Of a stretch of 27,998 bases of DNA, positions 17,414 to 27,414 are shown piece after piece. Where the stretch lies: IMG/VR virus record IMGVR_UViG_640753024_000003, positions 1 through 27,998 of that record; one strand, written 5' to 3'. The stretch is from a virus (Duplodnaviria > Heunggongvirae > Uroviricota > Caudoviricetes). The position numbers and the translations under genes are program-made. Position 1 is the stretch's first letter, and every line of letters begins with the position of its first letter. The notes under the pieces were generated by a model. The model ran no database searches. It saw nothing but the letters and a program-made list of their open reading frames with translations, and was not told the origin of the DNA.

Positions 17414-17865
17414 ACCTCCCACAAGATGGTATCAAATTGCATCGCGGTAACTTCACCGCTATCGGTCGGCAGATCCAGCCTTATCTGGAGGACGGCAAAT
17501 GCTTTCGCATGGTGCTTAAACCGTGGCGCGAGAGACGCAGCCTTTCCCAGAATGCACTCAGCCACATGTGGTACAGCGAAATCAGTGAATACCTCATCAG
17601 CAGGGGTAAAACGTTCGCCACTCCAGCTTGGGTAAAAGATGCTCTCAAACACACTTATCTCGGTTATGAAACCAAAGAACTGGTTGATGTCGTAACCGGT
17701 GAAATCACCACCATTCAGTCATTACGTCATACCTCCAATCTTGATACCGGAGAGATGTATGTCTTCCTGTGTAAGGTTGAAGCCTGGGCGATGAATATTG
17801 GCTGCCACCTGACTATTCCGCAGAGCTGCGAGTTCCAGCTGCTGCGCGACAAGCAGGAGGCGTAA
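17410..17865 (+). CDS. ybcN: YbcN-like nin-region protein
   Basis: 151-aa ORF, GTG start, immediately upstream of ninE with TAATG overlap; recognised as DLP12 YbcN-like. Confidence 0.75.
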   Translation: MNLPQDGIKLHRGNFTAIGRQIQPYLEDGKCFRMVLKPWRERRSLSQNALSHMWYSEISEYLISRGKTFATPAWVKDALKHTYLGYETKELVDVVTGEITTIQSLRHTSNLDTGEMYVFLCKVEAWAMNIGCHLTIPQSCEFQLLRDKQEA

Positions 17866-18035
17866 TGGCTACACCGCTTATTCGTGTCATGAACGGACAC
17901 ATCTACAGAGTACCAAATCGTCGTAAGCGTAAGCCTGAGCTGAAACCATCCGAAATACCAACACTGCTCGGATATACCGCCAGCCTGGTTGATAAAAAAT
18001 GGTTGCGACTGGCAGCAAGGAGGAATCATGGCTGA
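17865..18035 (+). CDS. ninE: NinE
   Basis: Hand-translated 56-aa [59 protein letters not shown]; below the ORF-track size cutoff. Confidence 0.8.
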   Translation: MATPLIRVMNGHIYRVPNRRKRKPELKPSEIPTLLGYTASLVDKKWLRLAARRNHG

Positions 18036-18318
18036 TTTGAGAAAAGCAGCGCGTGGTCGGGAATGCCAGGTAAGAATCCCTGGCGTATGTAATGGCAACC
18101 CTGAAACGTCTGTACTGGCACATATCCGGCTGACTGGATTGTGCGGCACCGGTACCAAACCGCCAGACCTGATTGCCACCATTGCATGTTCTGCCTGCCA
18201 CGACGAAATCGACCGCCGCACACATTTTGTCGATGCTGCATATGCAAAAGAATGCGCGCTGGAAGGTATGGCGAGAACACAGGTTATCTGGCTGAAAGAG
18301 GGGGTTATTAAGGCGTGA
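18028..18318 (+). CDS. ybcO: YbcO-like nin-region protein (DUF1364-type, Cys-rich)
   Basis: 96 aa from [23 protein letters not shown]...; start overlaps ninE stop; upstream of rusA as in DLP12. Confidence 0.75.
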   Translation: MADLRKAARGRECQVRIPGVCNGNPETSVLAHIRLTGLCGTGTKPPDLIATIACSACHDEIDRRTHFVDAAYAKECALEGMARTQVIWLKEGVIKA

Positions 18319-18677
18319 ATACCTACAGCATCACATTACCCTGGCCTCCGAGCAATAATCGCTATTACCGCCATAATCGCGGGCGCACGCACGTCAGCGC
18401 AGAGGGGCAGGCATACCGCGATAACGTCGCCCGAATCATTAAAAACGCAATGCTGGATATCGGCCTGGCTATGCCTGTGAAAATCCGCATTGAGTGCCAC
18501 ATGCCGGATCGCTGTCGCCGTGACCTGGATAATCTGCAAAAAGCCGCTTTTGACGCACTCACTAAAGCAGGTTTCTGGCTGGATGATGAGCTGGTCGTTG
18601 ATTACCGCGTTGTGAAGATGCCTGTTACCAAAGGTGGGAAGCTGGAACTGACCATCACTGAACTGGGAGATGAATGA
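18315..18677 (+). CDS. rusA: Holliday-junction resolvase RusA
   Basis: 120-aa [54 protein letters not shown]..., recognised as RusA. Confidence 0.95.
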   Translation: MNTYSITLPWPPSNNRYYRHNRGRTHVSAEGQAYRDNVARIIKNAMLDIGLAMPVKIRIECHMPDRCRRDLDNLQKAAFDALTKAGFWLDDELVVDYRVVKMPVTKGGKLELTITELGDE

Positions 18678-18814
18678 TGTTTGAGTCTTATATGGCAGAA
18701 CGTCTTCGCCACCGCTGGATGCGCCTGCGCTTATATCGTTTCCCCGGTTCTGTTTTGACCGATTACCGAATACTGAGGAATTACGCCAAAACCCTGACAG
18801 GAGCAGGAGTATGA
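18674..18814 (+). CDS. ylcG: YlcG-like small protein (46 aa)
   Basis: Hand-translated [46 protein letters not shown]; start overlaps rusA stop. Confidence 0.55.
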   Translation: MMFESYMAERLRHRWMRLRLYRFPGSVLTDYRILRNYAKTLTGAGV

Positions 18815-18899
18815 AGTCAGAGATAACAATCAACTAATACTGTTTTATTGATTTTTGCTTGTAATTGGCGTTCTGGTCTGATTTTTGTGGAGTAAGTTG

Positions 18900-19283
18900 A
18901 TGCGTGATATTCAGATGGTTCTTGAGCGTTGGGGAGCGTGGGCGGCTAATAATCATGAAGATGTGACCTGGTCGTCCATTGCCGCCGGTTTTAAGGGATT
19001 AATTCCTTCAAAAGTAAAATCTCGCCCGCAATGTTGTGACGATGACGCGATGATCATTTGCGGGTGCATGGCCCGTCTGAAAAAGAACAACAGCGATTTG
19101 CACGATTTATTAGTAGATTATTATGTAGTCGGTATGACATTCATGTCACTGGCAGGTAAGCATTGCTGCTCTGATGGTTATATCGGGAAAAGGTTACAGA
19201 AAGCTGAGGGTATAATTGAAGGGATGTTAATGGCATTAGATATCCGGTTAGAGATGGATATCGTTGTTAATAACTCTAATTAA
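18900..19283 (+). CDS. quuD: Q-family late-gene antiterminator (QuuD-like)
   Basis: 127 aa from [22 protein letters not shown]...; Cys-rich zinc-binding region; located between nin genes and the lysis cassette. Confidence 0.85.
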   Translation: MRDIQMVLERWGAWAANNHEDVTWSSIAAGFKGLIPSKVKSRPQCCDDDAMIICGCMARLKKNNSDLHDLLVDYYVVGMTFMSLAGKHCCSDGYIGKRLQKAEGIIEGMLMALDIRLEMDIVVNNSN

Positions 19284-19304
19284 TATGCCAATTGTTTACT
19301 AAAA

Positions 19305-19334
19305 ATTATTAAAAATGGGGCGTTGAGACGCCCC
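19305..19334 (-). terminator. Intrinsic terminator (minus strand) for the porin transcript; further hairpins at 19400-19423 and 19431-19447
   Basis: Stem ggggcgt/acgcccc with loop tgag; on the minus strand followed by atttttaataattttt. Confidence 0.45.
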
Positions 19335-19471
19335 CAAAAATAAAGGGTAATATATAACAGAAGGTTTATATAGTTAGAAGCAAGGTTGTGCTCCTAAAGG
19401 AAGTGGCTTGAGGGAGCCACTTATATGTTGGGGAGGCAAAGCCTCCCGCAACATATCTTTTAGTAATCAAA

Positions 19472-20554
19472 TTAGAACTGGTAAACCATACCTACAGCAA
19501 CGATATCATCGGTAGCAACGCCAGATGCTTTCGTGAAATCGCTCTTATCAATCAGGTTGATTTTGTAGTCAACAAAAGTGGACATATTTTTGTTGAAGTA
19601 ATAGGTTGCACCTACATCAACATATTCAACCAGGTCCTGATCACCCCAAACACCCAAGTCTTTTCCTTTAGAATGCAGGTAAGCAACGGATGGACGCAGG
19701 CCGAAGTCGAACTGATATTGTGCAACAGCTTCGAAGTTTTGTGCTTTGTTGGCAATATGGTTATTACCAAAAACAGTCATGTTCTGGGTTTCAGAATAGG
19801 TGGTGGCCAGATAGATGTTGTTCGCATCATATTTCAGACCAGCTGCCCATACTTCAGCATTTTGACCAGAAGCATTCAGACCGTTGTTACCGTAGATAAC
19901 CTGATTATTAGTGCGATCAGATTTAGCATAGGTTGCACCCACGCCGAATCCTTCATACTCATAAGTAGTTGAGAAACCGAAACCATCGCCATTAGCTTCA
20001 GTTACTTCATTTCGGTCATTTTTGCCCTGATACTGAGCTGCAAAGTTCAGGCCATCAACCAGACCAAAGAAGTCGTTGTTACGATAAGTTGCAACACCTG
20101 TGGTGCGACCAGTCATGAATACATCTGTTTGGGTCCAGGTATCGCCACCGAATTCTGGCAGAACGTCAGTCCACGCACCGATGTCGTATGCTACACCGTA
20201 GTTACGGCCGTAATCGATTGAGCCGTAGTCACCGAATTTCAGGCCTGCAAATGCAAGACGGGTTTTGTCTTTGGAGGAACCTTGAGATTCAGCGCGGTTG
20301 CCTTTGAATTCATATTCCCACTGACCGAAACCAGTCAGTTGATCGTTGATTTGGGTTTCACCTTTGAAGCCAAGACGGGCATAAGTAGTATCACCATCAT
20401 CTGCATCATTAGAGGAGAAGTAGTGCTTAGCATTAACTTTCCCGTACAGATCCAGCTTGTTACTGTCTTTATTATAAATTTCAGCTGCCTGAGCAGACAT
20501 CGCCATCAGTACTGATGCAGCTACAGCAGAAATTGCCACTGTTAATTTTTTCAT
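19472..20554 (-). CDS. nmpC: Prophage-encoded general porin of the OmpC/OmpF/NmpC family (intact)
   Basis: 360-aa ORF with signal peptide ([23 protein letters not shown]) and C-terminal VYQF beta-barrel signal; antisense between Q and the lysis genes as in DLP12. Confidence 0.9.
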   Translation of the reverse strand: MKKLTVAISAVAASVLMAMSAQAAEIYNKDSNKLDLYGKVNAKHYFSSNDADDGDTTYARLGFKGETQINDQLTGFGQWEYEFKGNRAESQGSSKDKTRLAFAGLKFGDYGSIDYGRNYGVAYDIGAWTDVLPEFGGDTWTQTDVFMTGRTTGVATYRNNDFFGLVDGLNFAAQYQGKNDRNEVTEANGDGFGFSTTYEYEGFGVGATYAKSDRTNNQVIYGNNGLNASGQNAEVWAAGLKYDANNIYLATTYSETQNMTVFGNNHIANKAQNFEAVAQYQFDFGLRPSVAYLHSKGKDLGVWGDQDLVEYVDVGATYYFNKNMSTFVDYKINLIDKSDFTKASGVATDDIVAVGMVYQF

Positions 20555-21142
20555 CGTGAGCCCTTTTTTTTGAACTATTATTAAAAAATGATGTCACTGC
20601 GCGATAAATATTCATCTAATCAATGTGATTATTTCAAGATGTAAGTTTTAGTTTCTCATTTAATTTGTGAAGTAGATCTCTATTTTTATCTGAACTTTTT
20701 CTATCGAAACCTATTTATGGCTCTTATTTGAACAAAAATAAACCTATTAGCTAATTTATATTAATGGCTGTTATTTATGGGGGTTCTATAATTCGGCAGT
20801 TTAATTTAAATCAACTAAAAATAACCTCTGAAATTATTTATTGGTTATTTGTTGAGGTTTTCTTATGTATTTGTGGTGGTGTTTTGAACACTCGGTAGCA
20901 TTCTCATAAATATCATTCAGTGGTTTACGTACGTAAAAAATTGGTTATGCTGTTAAGAGTGGTTACTTCGTCACACAGCTTAAACCCGCCGTCGAGCTGG
21001 TTTTTCCATTTTTTGAGTCTCGATATTAGCTGATAACTCAATACCTGAGTTACTCACTGACTCCGAGTCTGTTACGTTTCTGCTTTTTTGCGATACGTTG
21101 TATTCCCTCAATTTACACCCGCTTTGTCTGCGAGGTGGGGTT

Positions 21143-21358
21143 ATGAAATCCATGGATAAGTTAACAACGGGTGTCGCCTATGGCACCTCAGCAGGTAGTG
21201 CCGGTTACTGGTTTTTACAGCTGCTCGATAAAGTCACGCCCTCACAGTGGGCAGCAATAGGTGTGCTGGGTAGCCTGGTATTTGGCCTGCTGACGTACCT
21301 GACAAACCTTTATTTCAAGATTAAAGAAGATAAGCGCAAGGCTGCGAGAGGTGAATAA
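21143..21358 (+). CDS. essD: Class II holin/pinholin of phage-21 S type with dual-start motif (Met1 and Met4)
   Basis: 71 aa from [71 protein letters not shown]; two TM segments; GAGGTGGGG ribosome-binding site. Confidence 0.85.
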
Positions 21359-21855
21359 TGCCTCCATCATTACGAAAAGCCGTTGCTGCTGCTATTGGTG
21401 GCGGAGCAATTGCTATAGCATCAGTGTTAATTACTGGCCCAAGTGGTAACGATGGTCTGGAAGGTGTCAGCTACATACCATACAAAGATATTGTTGGTGT
21501 ATGGACTGTATGTCACGGGCATACAGGAAAAGACATCATGCTCGGTAAAACGTATACCAAAGCAGAATGCAAAGCCCTCCTGAATAAAGACCTTGCCACG
21601 GTCGCCAGACAAATTAACCCGTACATCAAAGTCGATATACCGGAAACAATGCGCGGCGCTCTTTACTCATTCGTTTACAACGTGGGTGCTGGCAATTTCA
21701 GAACATCGACGCTTCTTCGCAAAATAAACCAGGGCGATATCAAAGGCGCATGTGATCAGCTACGTCGCTGGACATATGCTGGCGGTAAGCAATGGAAAGG
21801 TCTCATGGCTCGTCGTGAGATTGAGCGTGAAATCTGTTTGTGGGGTCAGCAATGA
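21358..21855 (+). CDS. rrrD: SAR-type endolysin (lysozyme, phage-21 R type)
   Basis: 165-aa ORF; N-terminal Gly/Ala-rich weakly hydrophobic signal-anchor-release segment ([23 protein letters not shown]) followed by lysozyme domain. Confidence 0.9.
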   Translation: MPPSLRKAVAAAIGGGAIAIASVLITGPSGNDGLEGVSYIPYKDIVGVWTVCHGHTGKDIMLGKTYTKAECKALLNKDLATVARQINPYIKVDIPETMRGALYSFVYNVGAGNFRTSTLLRKINQGDIKGACDQLRRWTYAGGKQWKGLMARREIEREICLWGQQ

Positions 21856-22289
21856 ACAGAGTAACCGCGATTATCTCCGCTCTGGTTATCTGCATCATCG
21901 TCTGCCTGTCATGGGCTGTTAATCATTACCGTGATAACGCCATGACCTACAAAGAACAGCGCGACAAAGCCACATCCATCATCGCTGACATGCAGAAGCG
22001 TCAACGTGACGTAGCAGAACTCGATGCCAGATATACAAAGGAGCTTGCTGATGCTAACGCGACTATCGAAAGTCTCCGTGATGATGTTTCTGCTGGGCGT
22101 AAGCGGCTGCAAGTCGCCGCCTCCTGTGCAAAGTCAAAGACCGGAGCCAGCAGCATGGGCGATGGAGAAAGCCCAAGACTTACAGCAGATGCTGAACTCA
22201 ATTATTACCGTCTCCGAAGTGGAATCGACAGGATAACCGCGCAGGTTAACTACCTGCAGGAGTACATCAGGACGCAATGTCTGAAATAA
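21852..22289 (+). CDS. rzpD: Inner-membrane spanin Rz
   Basis: Start at MNRVTAII overlapping endolysin stop (ATGA); N-terminal TM helix, then coiled-coil periplasmic domain. Confidence 0.8.
   Translation: MNRVTAIISALVICIIVCLSWAVNHYRDNAMTYKEQRDKATSIIADMQKRQRDVAELDARYTKELADANATIESLRDDVSAGRKRLQVAASCAKSKTGASSMGDGESPRLTADAELNYYRLRSGIDRITAQVNYLQEYIRTQCLK
22051..22236 (+). CDS. rzoD: Outer-membrane lipoprotein spanin Rz1, embedded in the +1 frame of Rz
   Basis: ORF inside Rz with lipobox LLGVSGC followed by Pro-rich segment ([16 protein letters not shown]); start position approximate. Confidence 0.7.
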   Translation: MLTRLSKVSVMMFLLGVSGCKSPPPVQSQRPEPAAWAMEKAQDLQQMLNSIITVSEVESTG

Positions 22290-22321
22290 TTTTTTTGCAA
22301 ATCACAAAGTCCATTTAATGA

Positions 22322-22378
22322 GCCTCGCGATGCGGGGCTTTTTTGCAATAAATGCGTACCGCAACGCATGTTTTTTTT
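22322..22378 (+). terminator. Tandem intrinsic terminators after the lysis cassette
   Basis: Hairpin gcctcgc-gat-gcggggc followed by T6 (22322-22344); hairpin atgcgt-accgca-acgcat followed by T8 (22352-22378). Confidence 0.65.
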
Positions 22379-22493
22379 ACACCGAACCTGCCCCTTTGGA
22401 ATGGGCCTTTGAGGATACCAGTTAGTGCTGGCGAGCCTCGGTGGGCTGGTTTCCTGTGCGGCAAAGGTTCATTTCAAATGGTAGGTAAACGTT

Positions 22494-23015
22494 ATGAATA
22501 TCGTGCCACTTAATTACAAAGGTGAAATTGTCAGTTTCAACACTGATGGTTGGATCAACGTCACAGGTGTTGCTGAGAGATTTGGGAAACGCATTGATAA
22601 CTGGATGCGTTTGGCAGAAACGCTTGAATACGTTCGTGCTTTAGACGAAGCGTTGACCGGGAAAGAATCTCAAATTTTACATCCCTCACAATCGAGGTAT
22701 GTAAAAACCAGCAAGGCACGAAAGGACAGGGGTGGTGGTACGTGGCTACATCCAAAACTTTCAGTTGCATTTGCCCGTTGGTGTGATGCTCGTTTTGCTG
22801 TGTGGTGCGACCTGCACATTGATAGTCTGCTTCGCGGTGAACTGACTGAGCAGCAGAAATATGAGCAAGCATGTCGCATTCGCGATGACCGGAAATCAAA
22901 AGCCAGCAATGGGGCAAGAGAGATGGCTCGCTGGCGATGGGATAAGCCGGTTATTGAAGCAAATGTTGAGTACTGGCGCGAGCAACTGCAGTTGACTCTC
23001 GATATCGCGTGCTGA
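22494..23015 (+). CDS. KilA-N domain protein (anti-repressor/Bro-like)
   Basis: 173-aa ORF; N-terminal region (FNTDGWINVTGVAERFGKRIDNWMRLAET ... WLHPKLSVAFARWCDARF) matches the KilA-N DNA-binding domain pattern. Confidence 0.65.
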   Translation: MNIVPLNYKGEIVSFNTDGWINVTGVAERFGKRIDNWMRLAETLEYVRALDEALTGKESQILHPSQSRYVKTSKARKDRGGGTWLHPKLSVAFARWCDARFAVWCDLHIDSLLRGELTEQQKYEQACRIRDDRKSKASNGAREMARWRWDKPVIEANVEYWREQLQLTLDIAC

Positions 23016-23364
23016 TGGCAAACGCAAAACTGCGTTATCGAAAAAATCAAAGCATTACTAGAACTGAGCAACGGCTATCCATTACAAAGCCCATCTACGG
23101 GTGGGCTTGATAATGGCTTATACCCTGCACGGGATAACTTAACTGATATCCCTTTTAACGGATAAAGGCATTCAAGCCTGACACATCATGCGCTGTATCG
23201 TCGCCGTATTCCCGTATTAACAGAGACCGTAGCCCGACGGGGAACTCCTTCTGCGCGAGTGTGCGGGAATAATCAAAAACGATGCACACCGGGGTTACCG
23301 GGTACACATATTTCATCATGCCAGCGAGTCCGGTTCTGGCACGGAAGAAACCGGACGTTATGAT

Positions 23365-23775
23365 TTAGTGCGGAAATATTTGTGTAGTGTTCTGAATGTT
23401 CTCAGTAAAGAGTAATGAATTATCAAAGGTATAGTAATACCTTTTGTTTTCGTGGATATTTGTAATCCATCTGAAAACCCCTGCTGTAGCAAGATTTTTC
23501 CTGTATTCGTAAAATGATAACTCTCCTGATTTGAATCCTTTTAAGGTGGCTTCTATAAGGCATTTATTTTTTGAAAATCTTACATTTACAACCTTACCCT
23601 GTCCTTTTATTAAAACCGTATTATCGTTTTCAAGAACAAGATGAATATTCTCTGTAGCTAAATAGTAAATGTAATGTGAGACATTGTGACGTTTTAGTTC
23701 AGAATAAAACCAGTGATAGTTTAAATTATTTCGCACTTTATCGAATATTTGTTTAAAAATGGCAACCTGAGCCAT
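23365..23775 (-). CDS. ybcV: YbcV-like protein (DUF1398 type)
   Basis: 136 aa from [58 protein letters not shown]...; recognised as DLP12 YbcV-like. Confidence 0.75.
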   Translation of the reverse strand: MAQVAIFKQIFDKVRNNLNYHWFYSELKRHNVSHYIYYLATENIHLVLENDNTVLIKGQGKVVNVRFSKNKCLIEATLKGFKSGELSFYEYRKNLATAGVFRWITNIHENKRYYYTFDNSLLFTENIQNTTQIFPH

Positions 23776-23831
23776 TGTAGTACCTTCCATGTGATATGAG
23801 GGGCGTAGTCTGCACGATTATCTAAATTGCT

Positions 23832-24065
23832 TCAATCTGGTCTGATCTGTTTTCTGAGCAATTCAGTAATGTCACTCTTTTCTTTGTTTGCTTCAGGAGA
23901 AACTCTTTTTTCTGAGCACAGTCTCCGGCGGCAGGCTTCAATGACCCAGGCTGAGAAATTCCCGGACCCTTTTTGATCAAGAGCGATGTTAATTTGTTCA
24001 ATCATTTGGTTAGGAAAGCGGATGTTGCGGATTGTTGTTCTGCGGGTTCTGTTCTTCGTTGACAT
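23832..24065 (-). CDS. Small protein adjacent to cos, possibly YlcI-like (DUF3950) DNA-binding protein
   Basis: 77-aa ORF MSTKNRTRRTTIRNIRFPNQMIEQINIALDQKGSGNFSAWVIEACRRRL...; assignment from memory, not verified. Confidence 0.45.
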   Translation of the reverse strand: MSTKNRTRRTTIRNIRFPNQMIEQINIALDQKGSGNFSAWVIEACRRRLCSEKRVSPEANKEKSDITELLRKQIRPD

Positions 24066-24264
24066 GAGGTTGTCCCGTATTTAGTGTCGCTGATTTGTAT
24101 TGTCTGAAGTTGTTTTTACGTTAAGTTGATGCAGATCAATTAATATGATACCTGCGTCATAATTGATTATTTGACGTGGTTTGATGGCGTAGATGCACGT
24201 TGTGACATGCAGATGATAATTATTATCATTTTGCGGGTCCTTTCCGGCGATCCGACAGGTTACG

Positions 24265-24276
24265 GGGCGGCGACCT
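24265..24276 (+). other. cosN (12-nt lambda cohesive-end sequence GGGCGGCGACCT) within the cos region (~24180-24453, with cosB before nu1)
   Basis: Exact lambda cohesive-end sequence preceded by acaggttacg (lambda right end) and followed by cgcgggttttcgctatttatgaaaattttccggtttaaggcg (lambda left end). Confidence 0.85.
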
Positions 24277-24453
24277 CGCGGGTTTTCGCTATTTATGAAA
24301 ATTTTCCGGTTTAAGGCGTTTCCGTTCTTCTTCGTCATAACTTAATGTTTTTATTTAAAATACCCTCTGAAAAGAAAGGAAGCGACAGGTGCTGAAAGCG
24401 AGCTTTTTGGCCTCTGTCGTTTCCTTTCTCTGTTTTTGTCCGTGGAATGAACA

Positions 24454-24999
24454 ATGGAAGTCAACAAAAAGCAGCTGGCTGACATTTTCGGTGCGAGTAT
24501 CCGTACCATTCAGAACTGGCAGGAACAGGGAATGCCCGTTCTGCGAGGCGGTGGCAAGGGTAATGAGGTGCTTTATGACTCTGCCGCCGTCATAAAATGG
24601 TATGCCGAAAGGGATGCTGAAATTGAGAACGAAAAGCTGCGCCGGGAGGTTGAAGAACTGCGGCAGGCCAGCGAGGCAGATCTCCAGCCAGGGACTATTG
24701 AGTACGAACGCCATCGACTTACGCGTGCGCAGGCCGACGCACAGGAACTGAAGAATGCCAGAGACTCCGCTGAAGTGGTGGAAACCGCATTCTGTACTTT
24801 CGTGTTGTCGCGGATCGCAGGTGAAATTGCCAGTATTCTCGACGGGATCCCCCTGTCGGTGCAGCGGCGTTTTCCGGAACTGGAAAACCGACATGTTGAT
24901 TTCCTGAAACGGGATATCATCAAAGCCATGAACAAAGCAGCCGCGCTGGATGAACTGATACCGGGGTTGCTGAGTGAATATATCGAACAGTCAGGTTAA
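24454..24999 (+). CDS. nu1: Terminase small subunit Nu1
   Basis: 181-aa ORF MEVNKKQLADIFGASIRTIQNWQEQGMPVLRGGGKGNEVLYDSAAVIKWYAERDAEIENEKLRREVEELR..., recognised as lambda Nu1. Confidence 0.95.
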   Translation: MEVNKKQLADIFGASIRTIQNWQEQGMPVLRGGGKGNEVLYDSAAVIKWYAERDAEIENEKLRREVEELRQASEADLQPGTIEYERHRLTRAQADAQELKNARDSAEVVETAFCTFVLSRIAGEIASILDGIPLSVQRRFPELENRHVDFLKRDIIKAMNKAAALDELIPGLLSEYIEQSG

Positions 25000-26563
25000 C
25001 AGGCTGCGGCATTTTGTCCGCGCCGGGCTTCGCTCACTGTTCAGGCCGGAGCCACAGACCGCCGTTGAATGGGCGGATGCTAATTACTATCTCCCGAAAG
25101 AATCCGCATACCAGGAAGGGCGCTGGGAAACACTGCCCTTTCAGCGGGCCATCATGAATGCGATGGGCAGCGACTACATCCGCGAGGTGAATGTGGTGAA
25201 GTCTGCCCGTGTTGGTTATTCCAAAATGCTGTTGGGTGTTTATGCCTACTTCATAGAGCATAAGCAGCGCAACACACTTATCTGGTTGCCGACGGATGGT
25301 GATGCCGAGAACTTTATGAAAACCCACGTTGAGCCGACCATCCGCGATATTCCGTTGCTGCTGGCGCTGGCTCCGTGGTATGGCAAAAAGCACCGGGATA
25401 ACACGCTCACCATGAAGCGTTTTTCCAATGGTCGTGGCTTCTGGTGCCTGGGCGGTAAAGCGGCAAAAAACTACCGTGAAAAGTCGGTGGATGTGGCGGG
25501 TTATGATGAACTTGCTGCCTTTGATGAGGATATTGAACAGGAAGGCTCTCCGACGTTCCTTGGCGACAAACGTATTGAAGGCTCGGTCTGGCCAAAGTCC
25601 ATCCGTGGCTCCACCCCCAAAGTGAGAGGCACCTGCCAGATTGAGCGTGCAGCCAGTGAATCCCCGCATTTTATGCGTTTTCATGTTGCCTGTCCGCACT
25701 GCGGGGAGGAGCAGTACCTTAAATTTGGCGATAAAGAGACGTCGTTTGGCCTCAAATGGACGCCGGATGATCCCTCCAGCGTGTTTTATCTCTGCGAACA
25801 TAATGCCTGCGTCATCCGCCAGCAGGAACTGGACTTCACTGATGCCCGTTATATCTGCGAAAAGACCGGGATCTGGACCCGTGATGGCATTCTCTGGTTT
25901 TCGTCATCCGGTGAAGAGATTGAGCCGCCGGACAGCGTGACCTTTCACATCTGGACGGCGTACAGCCCGTTCACCACCTGGGTGCAGATTGTCAAAGACT
26001 GGATGAAAACGAAAGGGGATACGGGAAAACGTAAAACCTTCGTAAACACCACGCTCGGTGAGACGTGGGAGGCGAAAATTGGCGAACGTCCGGATGCTGA
26101 AGTGATGGCAGAGCGGAAAGAGCATTATTCAGCGCCCGTTCCTGACCGTGTGGCTTACCTGACCGCCGGTATCGACTCCCAGCTGGATCGCTACGAAATG
26201 CGCGTATGGGGATGGGGGCCGGGTGAGGAAAGCTGGCTGATTGACCGGCAGATTATTATGGGCCGCCACGACGATGAACAGACGCTGCTGCGTGTGGATG
26301 AGGCCATCAATAAAACCTATACCCGCCGGAATGGTGCAGAAATGTCGGTATCCCGTATCTGCTGGGATACTGGCGGGATTGATCCGACCATTGTGTATGA
26401 ACGCTCGAAAAAACATGGGCTGTTCCGGGTGATCCCCATTAAAGGGGCATCCGTCTACGGTAAGCCTGTGGCCAGCATGCCACGTAAGCGAAACAAAAAC
26501 GGGGTTTACCTTACCGAAATCGGTACGGATATCCAACAGCGTATGGAAATATCATTCACCTGA
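24974..26563 (+). pseudogene. A: Terminase large subunit A, 3'-truncated (first ~519 codons lambda-like, then 10 junction-derived codons and a stop)
   Basis: ORF MNISNSQVNRLRHFVRAGLRSLFRPEPQTAVEWADANYYLPKESAYQEG... matches lambda gpA up to ...VYLTEIGTD (about 26531), then diverges ([10 protein letters not shown]); lambda gpA is 641 aa. Confidence 0.85.
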
Positions 26564-27414
26564 AAGGGATGACAGCCGTTGGCGAAGGTGAGTTACTCAT
26601 CGGCTGGAGTGGTACAAGCGGTGCTCATGCTCCGGCATTTATTCGTTCACGACGGGATACGACCGACGCAAACTGGTCGCCGTGGGCGCAGCTTTACACC
26701 TCGGCTCATCCTCCTGCAGAGTTTTATCCAGTCGGTGCACCAATCCCGTGGCCATCAGATACCGTTCCGTCTGGTTATGCCCTGATGCAGGGGCAGACTT
26801 TTGACAAATCTGCTTACCCGAAACTTGCAGTTGCTTATCCGTCAGGCGTGATCCCTGATATGTGTGGCTGGACGATTAAGGGCAAGCCCGCCAGTGGTCG
26901 TGCCGTATTGTCTCAGGAACAGGACGGCATAAAATCGCATACCCACAGCGCCAGCGCATCCAGTACGGATTTGGGGACGAAAACCACATCGTCGTTTGAT
27001 TACGGCACTAAATCCACGAATAACACTGGTGCGCATACCCATAGTTTAAGTGGCAGCACGAATGCAGCTGGTAATCACAGCCATAGAGATGGCCGTCGAT
27101 TTAACCCCAGTGTTTTTAAAGATACTTATCAATATGGTTATACAAGCTCAGGTCAAAATACCTGGGGTGTACAAGGCTCAGTAGGTATGTCTACGGGGGC
27201 GTTAGCTAATACCAGTACAGATGGTAACCATAGCCACTCACTGTCCGGCACAGCAGCATCTGCAGGTGCACACGCACATACTGTCGGTATTGGTGCACAC
27301 ACGCACTCCGTTGCGATTGGTTCACATGGACACACCATCACCGTTAACGCTGCTGGTAACGCGGAAAACACCGTCAAAAACATCGCATTTAACTATATTG
27401 TGAGGCTTGCATAA
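26532..27414 (+). pseudogene. stf: 3' fragment of side tail fibre gene (C-terminal receptor-binding region with His-x-His repeats), fused to truncated A
   Basis: Open frame from the junction; C-terminus ...[31 protein letters not shown] and region [10 protein letters not shown]...PSGY...[56 protein letters not shown] match lambda Stf C-terminal region; N-terminal parts of stf absent. Confidence 0.8.

Noticed and set aside
17296-18221. Minus-strand ORFs of 118, 164 and 112 aa
   Set aside because: Antisense to the compact, translationally coupled ylcH-ybcN-ninE-ybcO block, which matches known lambdoid nin genes; shadow ORFs
23013-23111. 32-codon ORF starting at an ATG overlapping the KilA-N stop (TGATGG)
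   Set aside because: Too short and without a recognisable motif or ribosome-binding site to call; could be a coupled small gene but there is no support from sequence alone
24081-24338. 85-aa minus-strand ORF
   Set aside because: It spans the cos site (cosN 24265-24276 and surrounding lambda packaging sequence); low-complexity translation; judged a chance ORF over a cis-acting site
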